Shown: positions 22,200-32,496, counted from the stretch's first letter. The stretch: DNA of 64,000 nt from an uncultured delta proteobacterium (GCA_963696385.1 CAVOKF010000005.1:160001-224000), one strand, 5' to 3'. Numbers and translations: made by a program. The notes: generated from the letters alone by a model not told the origin.

Positions 22200-24140
22200 T
22201 CACAACCCGAAGGCCCGCAGTTTCTTGTGCAAACCTTCGCGCGTGATTCCGAGTGTCTTGGCGGCCGCGGTCTTGTTGTTCTCGTGTTGCCGAAGCGCTT
22301 CCATGAGGATCCACCGCTCGAGCGTGTCCATCGTCTCCTTGAGCGTCCCTTTGGTCGGTTTTACGCGATCGATGAGCCCCTCGACTCGCCGCAACCTGGG
22401 CGAAAGCAGCTCAGACGTAATGAAGTCGCCAGGCTCAATCTGAATAACGAGCCTCTGCACTTCATTCTGGAGCTCGCGTACGTTTCCCGGCCAGTCGTAG
22501 GCTTGCAGCAGCTCTATCGCTTGCTGGGAGAAGCCGGCGACCGGCTTGCCAAGCTCGGCCGCATACCGCCTCAAGAAATGCTCGGCGAGCAAAGAGATAT
22601 CCTCTCTCCGCTCGCGAAGAGGCGGGACGCGGATGGGAAACACTTTCAGTCGGTAATACAAGTCCTCTCGAAAGCGTCCTTCAGCGACTTCCTTTTCGAG
22701 GTTGCGATTGGTTGCGGCGACTATTCGCACGTTGACCCGCTTTTCCTGCGTGGCTCCCACGGGTCGGATGTCGCCCTCCTGAAGAACTCGCAGGAGCTTG
22801 GACTGGAGCGACAGCGGCGTCTCAGTGATCTCGTCGAGAAAGAGAGTTCCCCCGTCGGCGATTTCGAACAGGCCCTTTTTGTCTTCATGGGCGCCCGTGA
22901 AGCTCCCTTTCCTGTGTCCGAAAAGCTCACTTTCCAGCAAGCTCTCGGGCATGGCCGCACAATTCTGGCCAACGAAAAGCTGCCCCCGTCGACGCGAACC
23001 GTAGTGTAGTGCGGCCGCGATGAGCTCCTTGCCGACTCCGGTCTCTCCCTCGACGAGAACGGTCACGCGAGTGTCGACGACTTTCGCCAGCTGATCGAGC
23101 AGCGCTCGCATGGCGGCACTTGTGCCGATGATTTCCTCCGACCCCTTCCCGACGCGTCGCGATTCTTCGCGAGTCTTCAGAAAGGCGTTCTCCTTCTTGA
23201 GGCGCTCTTCGGCGGCACAAAGTCGTTGAACGAGGCGCGCGTTCGCAACCGCGAGCGATGCCCCGTGGGCTAGGACGGCGCACACGTCGAGATCCCCCGC
23301 CGAAAACACGCCTGTACTCTGCCGATTGTCCATTTGGAGGACGCCCAGAATTTCGTCGCCCTTCCAGAGCGGTACCGCGAGAACGCTGCGGATCTGCGCC
23401 CCGAGGAGCGATTCGCTATGCGCCATTTCCCTTGGCGCGTCGGCTGCGATCACAGCGGCTCGTTCGACGACGACCTTGCGAAAGATGCTTCGGGTCACCG
23501 GAATCGGCTGGGTTGCGGGTCCTCGCTGATCGCGCATTCGAGTCACGATGGGCACATAGCTAGCGGCGTCCCCCCGTCCGGCGTCGTCATCGTCCTCCCG
23601 AAGGATGACCGTGACGTGGGTCGCGCCGGAGACGAGCACGAAGGTTGCGTCGGCGATTGCGATCAATACGTCGTTCAGCTCCGTCGCTGCTCCAATCCGC
23701 TTCTGGGCGTCGTAAAGCGCCCGCAACCGCCCGTCGTCGCGTTCGATCGTCGATTCAAGCCGCCCGAGCTCGTCGATTTTCCGAACCGCGATTACTCGCG
23801 CCGTTGCATCGTCGTCGTCCACCGCGACTTCGATGCGGACCACCCGGTCTCCGGCCCCGAGTTCGATGAGGTCGCCCGGCTCGAGCTTAACCTCGCGTCC
23901 GTCCCGCTCCTCGAGCGGGATGCGATCGTCCCCCCGGACGACGGTCGTGCCGTTGGTCGACCGCAGGTCTCGCAAGACATACCGCTCGCCAGCGAACACG
24001 ATGCGCGCGTGCTCTCCCGACACATGCTCGTCGGGAAGTACGACGTCGTTGCCTGCGGCCCGCCCGAGCCGGACGACGTTGGCTGACGACTCATGCCGCG
24101 AACCCTTCGCCAGCCCCTCTGTCACCTGGAGGCGGATCAT
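22200..24140 (-). CDS. FHA-GAF-sigma54 transcriptional activator
   Basis: FHA (GR..SGEHA..STNGT), GAF, GETGVGKE, GSFTGA, WPGNVRELQN, HTH. Confidence 0.93.
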   Translation of the reverse strand: MIRLQVTEGLAKGSRHESSANVVRLGRAAGNDVVLPDEHVSGEHARIVFAGERYVLRDLRSTNGTTVVRGDDRIPLEERDGREVKLEPGDLIELGAGDRVVRIEVAVDDDDATARVIAVRKIDELGRLESTIERDDGRLRALYDAQKRIGAATELNDVLIAIADATFVLVSGATHVTVILREDDDDAGRGDAASYVPIVTRMRDQRGPATQPIPVTRSIFRKVVVERAAVIAADAPREMAHSESLLGAQIRSVLAVPLWKGDEILGVLQMDNRQSTGVFSAGDLDVCAVLAHGASLAVANARLVQRLCAAEERLKKENAFLKTREESRRVGKGSEEIIGTSAAMRALLDQLAKVVDTRVTVLVEGETGVGKELIAAALHYGSRRRGQLFVGQNCAAMPESLLESELFGHRKGSFTGAHEDKKGLFEIADGGTLFLDEITETPLSLQSKLLRVLQEGDIRPVGATQEKRVNVRIVAATNRNLEKEVAEGRFREDLYYRLKVFPIRVPPLRERREDISLLAEHFLRRYAAELGKPVAGFSQQAIELLQAYDWPGNVRELQNEVQRLVIQIEPGDFITSELLSPRLRRVEGLIDRVKPTKGTLKETMDTLERWILMEALRQHENNKTAAAKTLGITREGLHKKLRAFGL

Positions 24141-24300
24141 TCGTGGGCCGAGAATAACTCACCCCGCGTCGCCACGGAGCCCGGCAGACAATTCGCTCTC
24201 GGCGTCGGCATCTCGCATCGCAGGGCCGGAGCGTTGTGCGAGTCGACCAGAGAACGCAGCGGCGCGGCGCACAGGGGACGGAAAGGCCGAGCTGGTCTCA

Positions 24301-24467
24301 GACCCCGCCCCAGAGCGACGGGGTCAGCAGGGCGGTGTACTTCAATCGTCGGGAGGCGATTGGCGTTCGGGGCGAAGCCCCAAGGAAAATCATCTTCGTA
24401 CGGCGCCAGCCTGCGATGCAGGCGAACCCAGCGCAGCTGGGTACCGTTCAACGGGGCGCTGTACTTC
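24301..24467 (+). repeat. Palindrome-rich intergenic element bounded by 14-nt direct repeats (REP/PATE-like)
   Basis: GGGCG(G/C)TGTACTTC at 24330 and 24454 with several short hairpins between. Confidence 0.55.
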
Positions 24468-24490
24468 GGGCGATCCACCCGGCCTGTCAC

Positions 24491-26239
24491 TCAAGGCGCC
24501 CGGGCGCGAAGTCTCAGAGCAATCTTGACGACCGAATCGTCGGCCATAAGAACGCCTTGCTCGCCGGACCGCTTGTCCGCGGCCACCATCGTGTCCAGCG
24601 CATCGGCCGCTCGGACGTCGCCCTTCGGGGCGAGTTCGTCGATGGCCTCGACGACCGCGAGACGGGCGCTCGGATCCTTGATTTTCTCGACCCGCTTGAG
24701 AAGCTCGCTGCGGGTCGCATCGGGATTGCCCTGGCCGTAAATGACCGTCATCCAGGAAGCCTTGATTGCGCGCCAGTTCGCGGTCGTCGGTGATGAAGGG
24801 ATTGGCTGATCGAGCACTCCCAGATAGCAGCTGCCGTTTGTCCCGCATTTGTCGAGGGTTTGACTCGCGAAGTCGAACATCTGCTTGCTCGCTTGGAACA
24901 CATCGCCAGGGAGTTCGGCCTTGGCTTTCTGAAGCGCGGCGCCGACGGCGTCCTTCTTGTTCTGCGGCATGACCTTTAGCGCTGCCTCGATCGGCAGGAG
25001 CTTACTGGCCGCATCGGGAGCGGCCGCCGTCTCCTTCACGAGCCAGTCGGTTAGGCTAGGATCGTAGAAGCCGGCGGATGCTTGCGCGAGTGCAGCTCGC
25101 GGTCTGAGAGGACCGAGCAGCTCAACCGATGCGTCCCACTTTAGTTTGTTGTAAGCGGTCATGAAAGCCGGCTCCACGCGCGCGTCCCGGGGAAATTGGA
25201 CGAGTGCTTGGGCGAATGCCGTTCGCGTTGTGTCTGTGTCTGCGGTCGGCAACGCATTGAGGATCGCATCACGTCCCCCCGGCCGCGACAGGAGAGCGAG
25301 CGTATCGGCGACGATCGCGAGGTTCGCTTTGTCTTTGAACGCCTCGCCCGCTTTCGCGTAGTCGGCATCGGTGCCGTTGAGCGCTTTGATCAGCTCGGGC
25401 TCGGCGGCAGGTGCCATCTTGAGGAGTGCAATGCGGATCGTCGCGTTCAAGTCGATTTTCGTTGGAGTCAAAAGCACGAGCACGAGCTGCTTGATCGCCT
25501 TCGTGTAGCGTTGCTCGCTGATGACTTGGACCGACGTGAGCTGCCACCAGTTGATCTGGTCCTTTTGCGAATCGACGCTGCCCGGAATCACGGGCGCCTT
25601 GAGCTTCTCGATCGCCTTGTCGCCGTAACTCGGGTCGTGAACGTTGACGATCGCCTCGTGCAGGGCTTGATACAGGCGCTGACTTGTTGTCTGCGAGAGG
25701 CGGAATTTTGCGAAGACGGCCCAGAGCTCATCGCTCAAGGTTGGCTCGATCTTGACTCCCGCCTTTGCCATTGCGTTGATCGACTCGCAGGCGACGCGGA
25801 CCTCGTCGTCCGTCCTGCCCATTTCGAAGTCCTTGAGCGCCTTTGCGAGGGCTGGCTGGGTTCGCGGATCATGAGTCTCTGCCAGAAACTTCATGAGATC
25901 GGTGCGCGTCTTGTCGTCGAGGGCACCGCCGGTGTACTGCTTTGCCAGTGGGTCGACGATCGTGTCGAGCATTAGTCTGATCTCGGGCGCCGCGGCGTCG
26001 TTGCTTGCGCGCGTCATGTCATCCTCGTAGAATTGAGTCAGCCGCTTAATGGCGTTTGCGCGCTGTGCCGGATCGTCCAGCCGCTTGACCCACGTCTTCG
26101 GATCATTCTCGTCGTCGCAAGCGATCAGCGCTGTGACCAAGACAAATGGCGCCGCTAAGGTCGCCCCACGCGACAGTAGACGCAGCGCGCAGCAGGGTGT
26201 CCGCACCGTCTTCATGTAACTCTCCCATGTGCCCGTCAT
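24491..26239 (-). CDS. Alpha-helical (HEAT/ARM-like) lipoprotein
   Basis: Lipobox LIA-C; helical repeat composition; good GC3-rich codon usage. Confidence 0.75.
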   Translation of the reverse strand: MTGTWESYMKTVRTPCCALRLLSRGATLAAPFVLVTALIACDDENDPKTWVKRLDDPAQRANAIKRLTQFYEDDMTRASNDAAAPEIRLMLDTIVDPLAKQYTGGALDDKTRTDLMKFLAETHDPRTQPALAKALKDFEMGRTDDEVRVACESINAMAKAGVKIEPTLSDELWAVFAKFRLSQTTSQRLYQALHEAIVNVHDPSYGDKAIEKLKAPVIPGSVDSQKDQINWWQLTSVQVISEQRYTKAIKQLVLVLLTPTKIDLNATIRIALLKMAPAAEPELIKALNGTDADYAKAGEAFKDKANLAIVADTLALLSRPGGRDAILNALPTADTDTTRTAFAQALVQFPRDARVEPAFMTAYNKLKWDASVELLGPLRPRAALAQASAGFYDPSLTDWLVKETAAAPDAASKLLPIEAALKVMPQNKKDAVGAALQKAKAELPGDVFQASKQMFDFASQTLDKCGTNGSCYLGVLDQPIPSSPTTANWRAIKASWMTVIYGQGNPDATRSELLKRVEKIKDPSARLAVVEAIDELAPKGDVRAADALDTMVAADKRSGEQGVLMADDSVVKIALRLRARAP

Positions 26240-26300
26240 GACCCGTCATTGCCCCGGCTCGACCTGGCCGCGCGACGGTACAAGGGCGCGGGAGCGAGTG

Positions 26301-27419
26301 TCAAACGCGGGGCGTCGCTTCACCCCCCTCTGCGCTCGGCCGTGCGTCGAAGCTGGGTCCGGCTGGGGGCGGCATTCCGAGGCTGGCTGCGCGGCCCGCG
26401 CCGATTAGGACACATCGCCCATCGCCCTCGCCGAGGGCAACCGAGACGGTTCGTGCGCTACCTCGCCAACAGCGGGCATCGATCCCCGCGCGCACCGTGT
26501 CGGCAAACCGACGGCCGAGCCCGAGCGCGAATCCACCAATTATGACGAACCGTTCCACGCCTATCGCGAGGTGGATTGTGGCGAGCACTCCCCCGAGGGC
26601 GTTTGCACCCTGATTGATCCGTTGCGTCGCCCAATCGTCTTCCACCCCGTACGCGCGAGCGAGCGCTTCGGGGGTGAGGCCACCGGGTTCAAGGCCGAGG
26701 TCCCTCACGAGAATGGACCGGCGGAACGCCTCGGGCGAGCGCTCCGCCTCCTCGCGCGCTCTTTGCACAAGGCCGCGTCCCGAAGCAAAGGCGCCGAGGT
26801 GCCCCTGGCCGCCGCAATCGCAGGCCGGAGCATCCGGCGACGGGTCGACGACGACGTGACCGATCTCGCCGCCGCGCGCCCGAGGCCCGACCAGCGGACG
26901 GCCACCCGCGAATACCTTGTTACCGATTCCAGTGCTGACCGTCACGATGCAAAAGGCGTCCGCTTCGTCGCGCACGTAGCGATATCCCGCGGCGGCGACA
27001 TCGTTGAGAACGTGCACCGACGTGCCTGGCCATGCGTCGCGAAGGTCGTCGCCCAATCCGTAGGGATAAGGCCCCTCGTCGCCCCACAGCGTGGGTGCGG
27101 CCAGAACCCTTTCTTGTTGGTCGATGGGTCCAGGGAAACCCACCGTGACGGACCCCGCGTGGCCCGCCGGATCAAGTGCCGTGCGAAGGGCCGACATCTC
27201 CGCGACGAGTCGCCTCCTGAGATCCATCCACGACAGGTCCGGGTGGCGGATGTAGCTCGGCGCTTCGACGACACGCGGTGCCGAAAGCCGCGCGCTCTCG
27301 GCGTTCCATGTTGCGGCACGCAGCTGCGTTCCTCCGACGTCGAACACGATGTGTTGTGGGCCTGCCGCCACGTTCGCGACGGTAACCGGAGCCCCAACGG
27401 CGAACAAGTTGCCGACCAT
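26301..27419 (-). CDS. ROK family kinase, resembling C7-cyclitol kinases
   Basis: FDVGGT, GFPGP, LNDVAAAGYRY, TVSTGIGNKVF, GGEIGH, CDCGGQGHL. Confidence 0.85.
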   Translation of the reverse strand: MVGNLFAVGAPVTVANVAAGPQHIVFDVGGTQLRAATWNAESARLSAPRVVEAPSYIRHPDLSWMDLRRRLVAEMSALRTALDPAGHAGSVTVGFPGPIDQQERVLAAPTLWGDEGPYPYGLGDDLRDAWPGTSVHVLNDVAAAGYRYVRDEADAFCIVTVSTGIGNKVFAGGRPLVGPRARGGEIGHVVVDPSPDAPACDCGGQGHLGAFASGRGLVQRAREEAERSPEAFRRSILVRDLGLEPGGLTPEALARAYGVEDDWATQRINQGANALGGVLATIHLAIGVERFVIIGGFALGLGRRFADTVRAGIDARCWRGSARTVSVALGEGDGRCVLIGAGRAASLGMPPPAGPSFDARPSAEGGEATPRV

Positions 27420-28234
27420 CAGCCAGCGGCCGTCAGTGTGGCGACGACGTTGGCGTGCAGCTGCGCGTTCGTGGCTAGCAATCCGCGTGCATTGACGATC
27501 TCGTCGGCTGCATAATCGATCCGCGACCCCCCGATTTCAGTGAACGTCCCGCCGGCCGCTTCGACCAGGGCGTCGCCCGCACACGCGTCCCACCTCATTC
27601 CCGCGGGCCCAGGCTGCACGTAGACGTCGTGGTCTCCCGTTGCGACGAGGACGGCTTTGAGGCCTGAGCTTCCGTGGATTACTGCGGCCGACCCTGTTGC
27701 CCGGACGAGCGGAGCGACTTGGTCGGAAGGTCGAGATCGCGAAATGAGAACGGATGCACCGCGAAGCGAAGAACGGGACGAGACTTTGATAGGCAGCCTC
27801 GCGCCGTTCGTAGCCACCTCCCACGCGCCATGCCCCACGACGCCGACGAACGCGCGCCCCCACGCTGGTGCGACAATCACCCCTGCCGTCGCTCGTCCAG
27901 CCTGCGCGAGCCCAATCATCACCGCGAATTCGCCATTTCGCGCGACGAACTCACGCGTCCCGTCCAACGGGTCGATGAACCACGCCGCGTCGGATCGCTC
28001 GAAACCTTCGTACGTCCCGGGATCGCTCTCTTCGGCGACCAATGGAATGCCCGGAAGCGCGGCGTCTAGCCGATCGCAGAGGAGGGCGTTCGCTTCGCGA
28101 TCGGCTCTCGTCACCGGATCATCCTGACCCTTGTATTCGACGGAGAATCCCGCCGTGTAAACGCGCATCACGAGATCGCTCGCTTCGAGTGCGGCAGAAA
28201 GCGCCGCTTCTGCCGCTCGCATGGTGTCAATCAT
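27419..28234 (-). CDS. Inositol monophosphatase family protein (CysQ-like)
   Basis: DPVTRAD, AEE, IDPLDGTREF, WDACAG; ATGA overlap with the upstream AKR gene. Confidence 0.88.
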   Translation of the reverse strand: MIDTMRAAEAALSAALEASDLVMRVYTAGFSVEYKGQDDPVTRADREANALLCDRLDAALPGIPLVAEESDPGTYEGFERSDAAWFIDPLDGTREFVARNGEFAVMIGLAQAGRATAGVIVAPAWGRAFVGVVGHGAWEVATNGARLPIKVSSRSSLRGASVLISRSRPSDQVAPLVRATGSAAVIHGSSGLKAVLVATGDHDVYVQPGPAGMRWDACAGDALVEAAGGTFTEIGGSRIDYAADEIVNARGLLATNAQLHANVVATLTAAG

Positions 28235-29205
28235 AGTTCGACGCCAACCGCTTCGAGCAAACGAGGGAGACGCGCGAGATCCGCATCGCGGATGTACACC
28301 GGGCCCATTCCGACTTCGCGGACGATGTCCTCGAGTTGGTTGACGGAACGCGGGCCGAGAACCGCACTGGACACAATCGAGTTCGAGAGCACGAACCGAA
28401 CCGCGGCGGACGCCATGGTTCTGATGTTCCGATTCACCAAGAATTCCACAGCGGAGGCCTGGTCGATGCGCTGGCCGAACTCCACGCTCGTCCACCGGCC
28501 GGCGCGGTGGTCCCCCGGAGAAAACTTGCGGTCTTTCTCCCAGGAGCCAGCCAGCAGCCCGTACGCGAGTGTCGACCGCGCGAGTACGCCGGCACCCGAC
28601 ACCATGACTTCGCCGGCGAGCCGATGAAGATCACTCGCATGGAGGAGGTTGTAAGCAATCTCGATGACCTCCGCGCCGTGTTGCATCGCCGCGCGACCCA
28701 CCGCGACGTCGCCCACACTGACGCCCCAATGCGCGATTTTGCCCTCCTTTTTCAATTGCGCGAGCGCGTTCACGACCGCAGGAGGTGCGCCCGAGAGAAC
28801 GGCTGGACTCGGGTTGTGAAGGAGGAACACGTCGATTCGCTCGCGTTGCAGGCGCTTCAGGGAGCGATGCACGCAATTTCTCAGGTAGTCTGGTTCGAAT
28901 CGCCTACGAGGCGGCGAGGTCGCCCGGTCGACCCCACCCTTCGTGACGACGATTACGTCATCCTGCTCTGGGTCTCGCAATGCGCGCCCGATGAGCTCCT
29001 CCATGCGGCCGTTGCCGTATGCGTCGGCCGTTTCGATCAAGGTGAAGCCCATCTCGAGTGCGCGCCGAATGACGCGCTCTTGTTCGGCCTCATCGACCGG
29101 GCCATAGCCGTCTCCCGATAGCCCCCATGTGCCGAGGGCCATTTCGCTGACGCGCAGTCCTGTCTTGCCGAGCGTTCGAACGCGCACGATTGGGTTCACT
29201 ACCAT
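28231..29205 (-). CDS. Aldo/keto reductase
   Basis: LGKTGLRVSEMALGTW, TADAYG, SLKRLQ..IDVFLLH, GKIAHWGVS. Confidence 0.92.
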   Translation of the reverse strand: MVVNPIVRVRTLGKTGLRVSEMALGTWGLSGDGYGPVDEAEQERVIRRALEMGFTLIETADAYGNGRMEELIGRALRDPEQDDVIVVTKGGVDRATSPPRRRFEPDYLRNCVHRSLKRLQRERIDVFLLHNPSPAVLSGAPPAVVNALAQLKKEGKIAHWGVSVGDVAVGRAAMQHGAEVIEIAYNLLHASDLHRLAGEVMVSGAGVLARSTLAYGLLAGSWEKDRKFSPGDHRAGRWTSVEFGQRIDQASAVEFLVNRNIRTMASAAVRFVLSNSIVSSAVLGPRSVNQLEDIVREVGMGPVYIRDADLARLPRLLEAVGVEL

Positions 29206-29274
29206 AAGACGGCTCTTCCCGATCGAGCTCAGGCGGGCTAAAGGGCGTTCCGTACCCGATTACGGAGAAGACCT

Positions 29275-30477
29275 ATGCGAAGCTCCCGTTCTGCGGCGCT
29301 GCTAGCGATAAGTTCCACCCTTGCTGTCGCCTGCGGCGGGGAGGAGCCTGCCCCACAACCGCCGCCGCCGCCGCCGGCTGTCTCGGCCAGCGCGTCCGCG
29401 TCCCCCGCTCCACCGGTCGTGCCGCCGCCGCCGAAGCCTAGTCTTGCCGAGCTCATCCCGCAGACGCTCAAGGGAATTGGAGAAGCATTTAACGCGCACG
29501 ACGCAAAGAAGCTCGCAAGCTTTTACACGGACGATTGCACGGTCGACGATTACGGCACGCCCGAGGCCCACGGTCCCGACGACGTGGCAAAGGGCTTGCA
29601 AATGCTCTTTGACGGCTTCGGTGACGCGAAAACCGCTCCACTGCGTGTCTGGATCAAAGGCAATGTCGCGATCTCGGAGTTCGTCTGGCAGGCGACGATG
29701 ACGGGCGACATGATGATTCTGAAGGCGAGCAAAAAGCCGGTCGGCCAGATCCGCGTCCACGTCAGCTGGTTCAATGACGACGGCCGCGTCAAGGAAGAAC
29801 ACGACTACGGCGATCAAGCGGGTCTCATCGCCCAAATGACCGGAAGGAAGGGCGCGCCGCCGGTACCTGCCATTCCGACGAATCCACCGGATGTTCACCT
29901 CGCTAAGGGCACTCCCGACGAGGACAAGTTGGCCGACTGGGCCAAGGGCATCAGCGATCTATTCAACAAGGACGACCCGAAGGCGATCGTAGGGCAAGTG
30001 GCGACAGACGCGGATAATTGGATCAATTTTACTGGGGCTCCCGCTGCCAAGGGAATCAATGAGATCACCAAAGATCTTGCCGGATGGTTTAAAGCGTTTC
30101 CCGATCAAAAGTGGTCTTCGTCCAACGCGTGGGGCATCGATGGCTTCGCGATCATCGAACACACGGTGACGGGTACGCAGAAGGGGCCGCTCGGAACGCT
30201 GGTGGCCTCGAACAAGCCGGTCGCGAATTGGCACTGGATCGACGTCTGGCAGGCGGGAAGCGACGGCAAAATCCAACACAGTTGGGGCTACGCCAATTTG
30301 CTCGAGCTTCAACTGCAGACGGGCGCGTTCAAATTGCCGATTGGGAAGGCTGCGGGCAAGGAGTCTGGTCCAAAGGCGACGCCGGCGCCCACCGCGGCGT
30401 CGGCAACGACCGTCAAGGAGCCTGCGCCTAAGGCGGCTCCGGCCGCCGTCACGCCGAAAACCGGCGGCACGCAATAA
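29275..30477 (+). CDS. Lipoprotein with two SnoaL/NTF2-like domains
   Basis: Lipobox LAVA-C, poly-Pro linker, AFNAHD..Y..D and second GWFKAFPD..GTQKG repeat. Confidence 0.8.
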   Translation: MRSSRSAALLAISSTLAVACGGEEPAPQPPPPPPAVSASASASPAPPVVPPPPKPSLAELIPQTLKGIGEAFNAHDAKKLASFYTDDCTVDDYGTPEAHGPDDVAKGLQMLFDGFGDAKTAPLRVWIKGNVAISEFVWQATMTGDMMILKASKKPVGQIRVHVSWFNDDGRVKEEHDYGDQAGLIAQMTGRKGAPPVPAIPTNPPDVHLAKGTPDEDKLADWAKGISDLFNKDDPKAIVGQVATDADNWINFTGAPAAKGINEITKDLAGWFKAFPDQKWSSSNAWGIDGFAIIEHTVTGTQKGPLGTLVASNKPVANWHWIDVWQAGSDGKIQHSWGYANLLELQLQTGAFKLPIGKAAGKESGPKATPAPTAASATTVKEPAPKAAPAAVTPKTGGTQ

Positions 30478-30480
30478 GGG

Positions 30481-32496
30481 TCATTGCCGACGAACGAACC
30501 AGTAGTGAAACGTCGTGATGGGGCCACCCAGCACGTGCAATTCGAGGCGCGTCCGGGGACCGCTGGCGCGCGCCGGGACGTCGAACCCGCGTTCGATCCA
30601 ATCGCTGTCGTCCGCATCGATACGCAAAACGGCTAGCGGCTCTCCGTTTGCGCTGACACGTACGGTCGTTCCCGTTCGCCCTTCGAACCTAACGATCCCG
30701 TACGCGTCGATGCCGGCTGGCAAATGGGCGATGAATCGCTCGAGCGTGCGGCCCGTGCGCCCGCCGTCGACGACAGTCGCTCCGTCGGGCGCAAGTCCCT
30801 GGCGCGCGATCTGCTCGCCGTCGTGCGCTCGGAACAGGTCGTATTCGTGCTCGGCTTCGCTCTCGAGGTCGGCCACGTCGAGTGCATCGATCAACTCTCC
30901 AGCTTGCGTCCAGGGTCGTTCGCCGCTTCCTAGCTTCGACCAGTCTGCTCGGTACGCACGCATCGTCTGACCACCCAAGATGGTCGAATCGGTAACCGTC
31001 GCTTCCTTCAATGGTTCGCCTAAACACATGTTCATCGCCATCCATTCGGGGTAAACGATGAAATGCGTGGGAAGGATCGAAGGCGCCTTGTCGGCGAGCC
31101 GCTCGTAGTGCTCCAGACGCGACCCGGCGCCGGCGACCCAATAGCGTGCCTCGTCTCGAGTCGTCAGGCCGACAATGTCGAACGTTCGTCGGTTGCTGTA
31201 GTACGCGATGGCCCCCGTATCATTGACGCCAATTCGGGCCTCTGCCGGCAGGTTGTCCCGCGCCCAGCGGCCGAGGGCCACTTGCTGGCGCGCAATCCCG
31301 CTCGCGGACTGACCGACGTCTTCGATGGACCACTCGAGTTTCGACGCGAACGACCCGACGAAAACGCCGCAAGCGATCCCTGTCGCGATCCGCCATCGCG
31401 ATCTGAACAGTCCTGCGACATCGCCGACAATGCGCGCCAGGCACGCGAGACCGATCATCCACCCCGTTGCGAACGGCCACAGGTACCGCAACCGGTTCCA
31501 GAGAAACGTCAGGTAGAAGCATGGGGCGAAGATGGTGAGCGCGAGCAGAACCACCGCGCTCGCGCGCCAGCGCCGGCGAGTCCGCAGGCCGAGGACTGCC
31601 ACTGCCGCCAAGCCAGCCAGAGCGAAGGGTGCCCCATGGTGAGGGATGAACTCCGCGGACCAGATCTCGCCGTCGAGGAGGGTGTCGACGAGCAACTTCG
31701 CGTTCTTCGCTACCGCTGCTGCGAGAACGGGCCCGGCGTAGTACGGGTTGCCCGGCAGCAATTTGACGATGGCCGTGGAGCTCCTGGGCGATCCGGTCAG
31801 CATCCAGAGCAGAAGCGGTCCGGCGGCCACGGCGACCAGTGCGGTGAGCGAGGCCGCACGCGAGCGCCACGGGCCGGCACGAGGAAAGCAGCCGAGTGTA
31901 GCGGCCACGAGCCCGGCGGTCACGGCGCCCTCAGGCCTGAAAAACGCGGCCATCCACGCAAGGGCGACGAGTTCCGCGGCGTCGCGGCGTGTGCGACCCT
32001 CCAACCGTGTTTCCGCCCAATCGCTGGATCGACGCGTCGCGCGGGCGATGGCCCACGCGAACGGGACCACCTCCATGCCGCTCGCAGCGCACCACGCGAA
32101 GCCCCCGAAGGCGATCGTCATGGCGGCCGCGCCCGTGGCGGCTGTGCGGCCTGCGAGAGGTTCGGTCAATCGCGAGGCCTCCCACGCCAGAGCGCCGAGC
32201 GCGACGAACGAAAGTCCCCATGCGGGCCACAGGATCGCGTCGTCTCGTGCGCCTACGGCCCAGAACGGAGCCAGAATCACCGGCCAAAGCAGGCTCGTCG
32301 CCCCGCTCGTCATCGGCTCGCCCGATTCGAACCGAAAGGGGTGACCCTCGCCGATGGCACGGGCGTACTGAAAATGAATGTAGGCGTCGTCGAGAGCGGC
32401 CCCCGCGTGTCCCACCTTGGCGATCACCGTCACGATGGAGCGTTGAGCGATCAGGGCGACGGCGATTGCGAGAGGTCCGTAAGTGAGCGCCCGCAT
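30481..32496 (-). CDS. Multi-TM GT-C-type glycosyltransferase-like protein
   Basis: DDAYIHFQYAR, SGATSLLW, SGME, RPEG, DTGAIAYYS..DIVGL; start uncertain (ORF open to 32646). Confidence 0.7.
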   Translation of the reverse strand: MRALTYGPLAIAVALIAQRSIVTVIAKVGHAGAALDDAYIHFQYARAIGEGHPFRFESGEPMTSGATSLLWPVILAPFWAVGARDDAILWPAWGLSFVALGALAWEASRLTEPLAGRTAATGAAAMTIAFGGFAWCAASGMEVVPFAWAIARATRRSSDWAETRLEGRTRRDAAELVALAWMAAFFRPEGAVTAGLVAATLGCFPRAGPWRSRAASLTALVAVAAGPLLLWMLTGSPRSSTAIVKLLPGNPYYAGPVLAAAVAKNAKLLVDTLLDGEIWSAEFIPHHGAPFALAGLAAVAVLGLRTRRRWRASAVVLLALTIFAPCFYLTFLWNRLRYLWPFATGWMIGLACLARIVGDVAGLFRSRWRIATGIACGVFVGSFASKLEWSIEDVGQSASGIARQQVALGRWARDNLPAEARIGVNDTGAIAYYSNRRTFDIVGLTTRDEARYWVAGAGSRLEHYERLADKAPSILPTHFIVYPEWMAMNMCLGEPLKEATVTDSTILGGQTMRAYRADWSKLGSGERPWTQAGELIDALDVADLESEAEHEYDLFRAHDGEQIARQGLAPDGATVVDGGRTGRTLERFIAHLPAGIDAYGIVRFEGRTGTTVRVSANGEPLAVLRIDADDSDWIERGFDVPARASGPRTRLELHVLGGPITTFHYWFVRRQ

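Noticed and set aside
24270..24335. GGGACGGAAAG resembling a c-di-GMP-I (GEMM) riboswitch
   Set aside because: The P1 GNRA/AAA elements are missing, and it is antisense to the neighbouring genes
24137..24490. 117-aa minus-strand ORF bridging two genes
   Set aside because: No motifs; it runs through the palindromic element, so it is probably spurious (not fully excluded)
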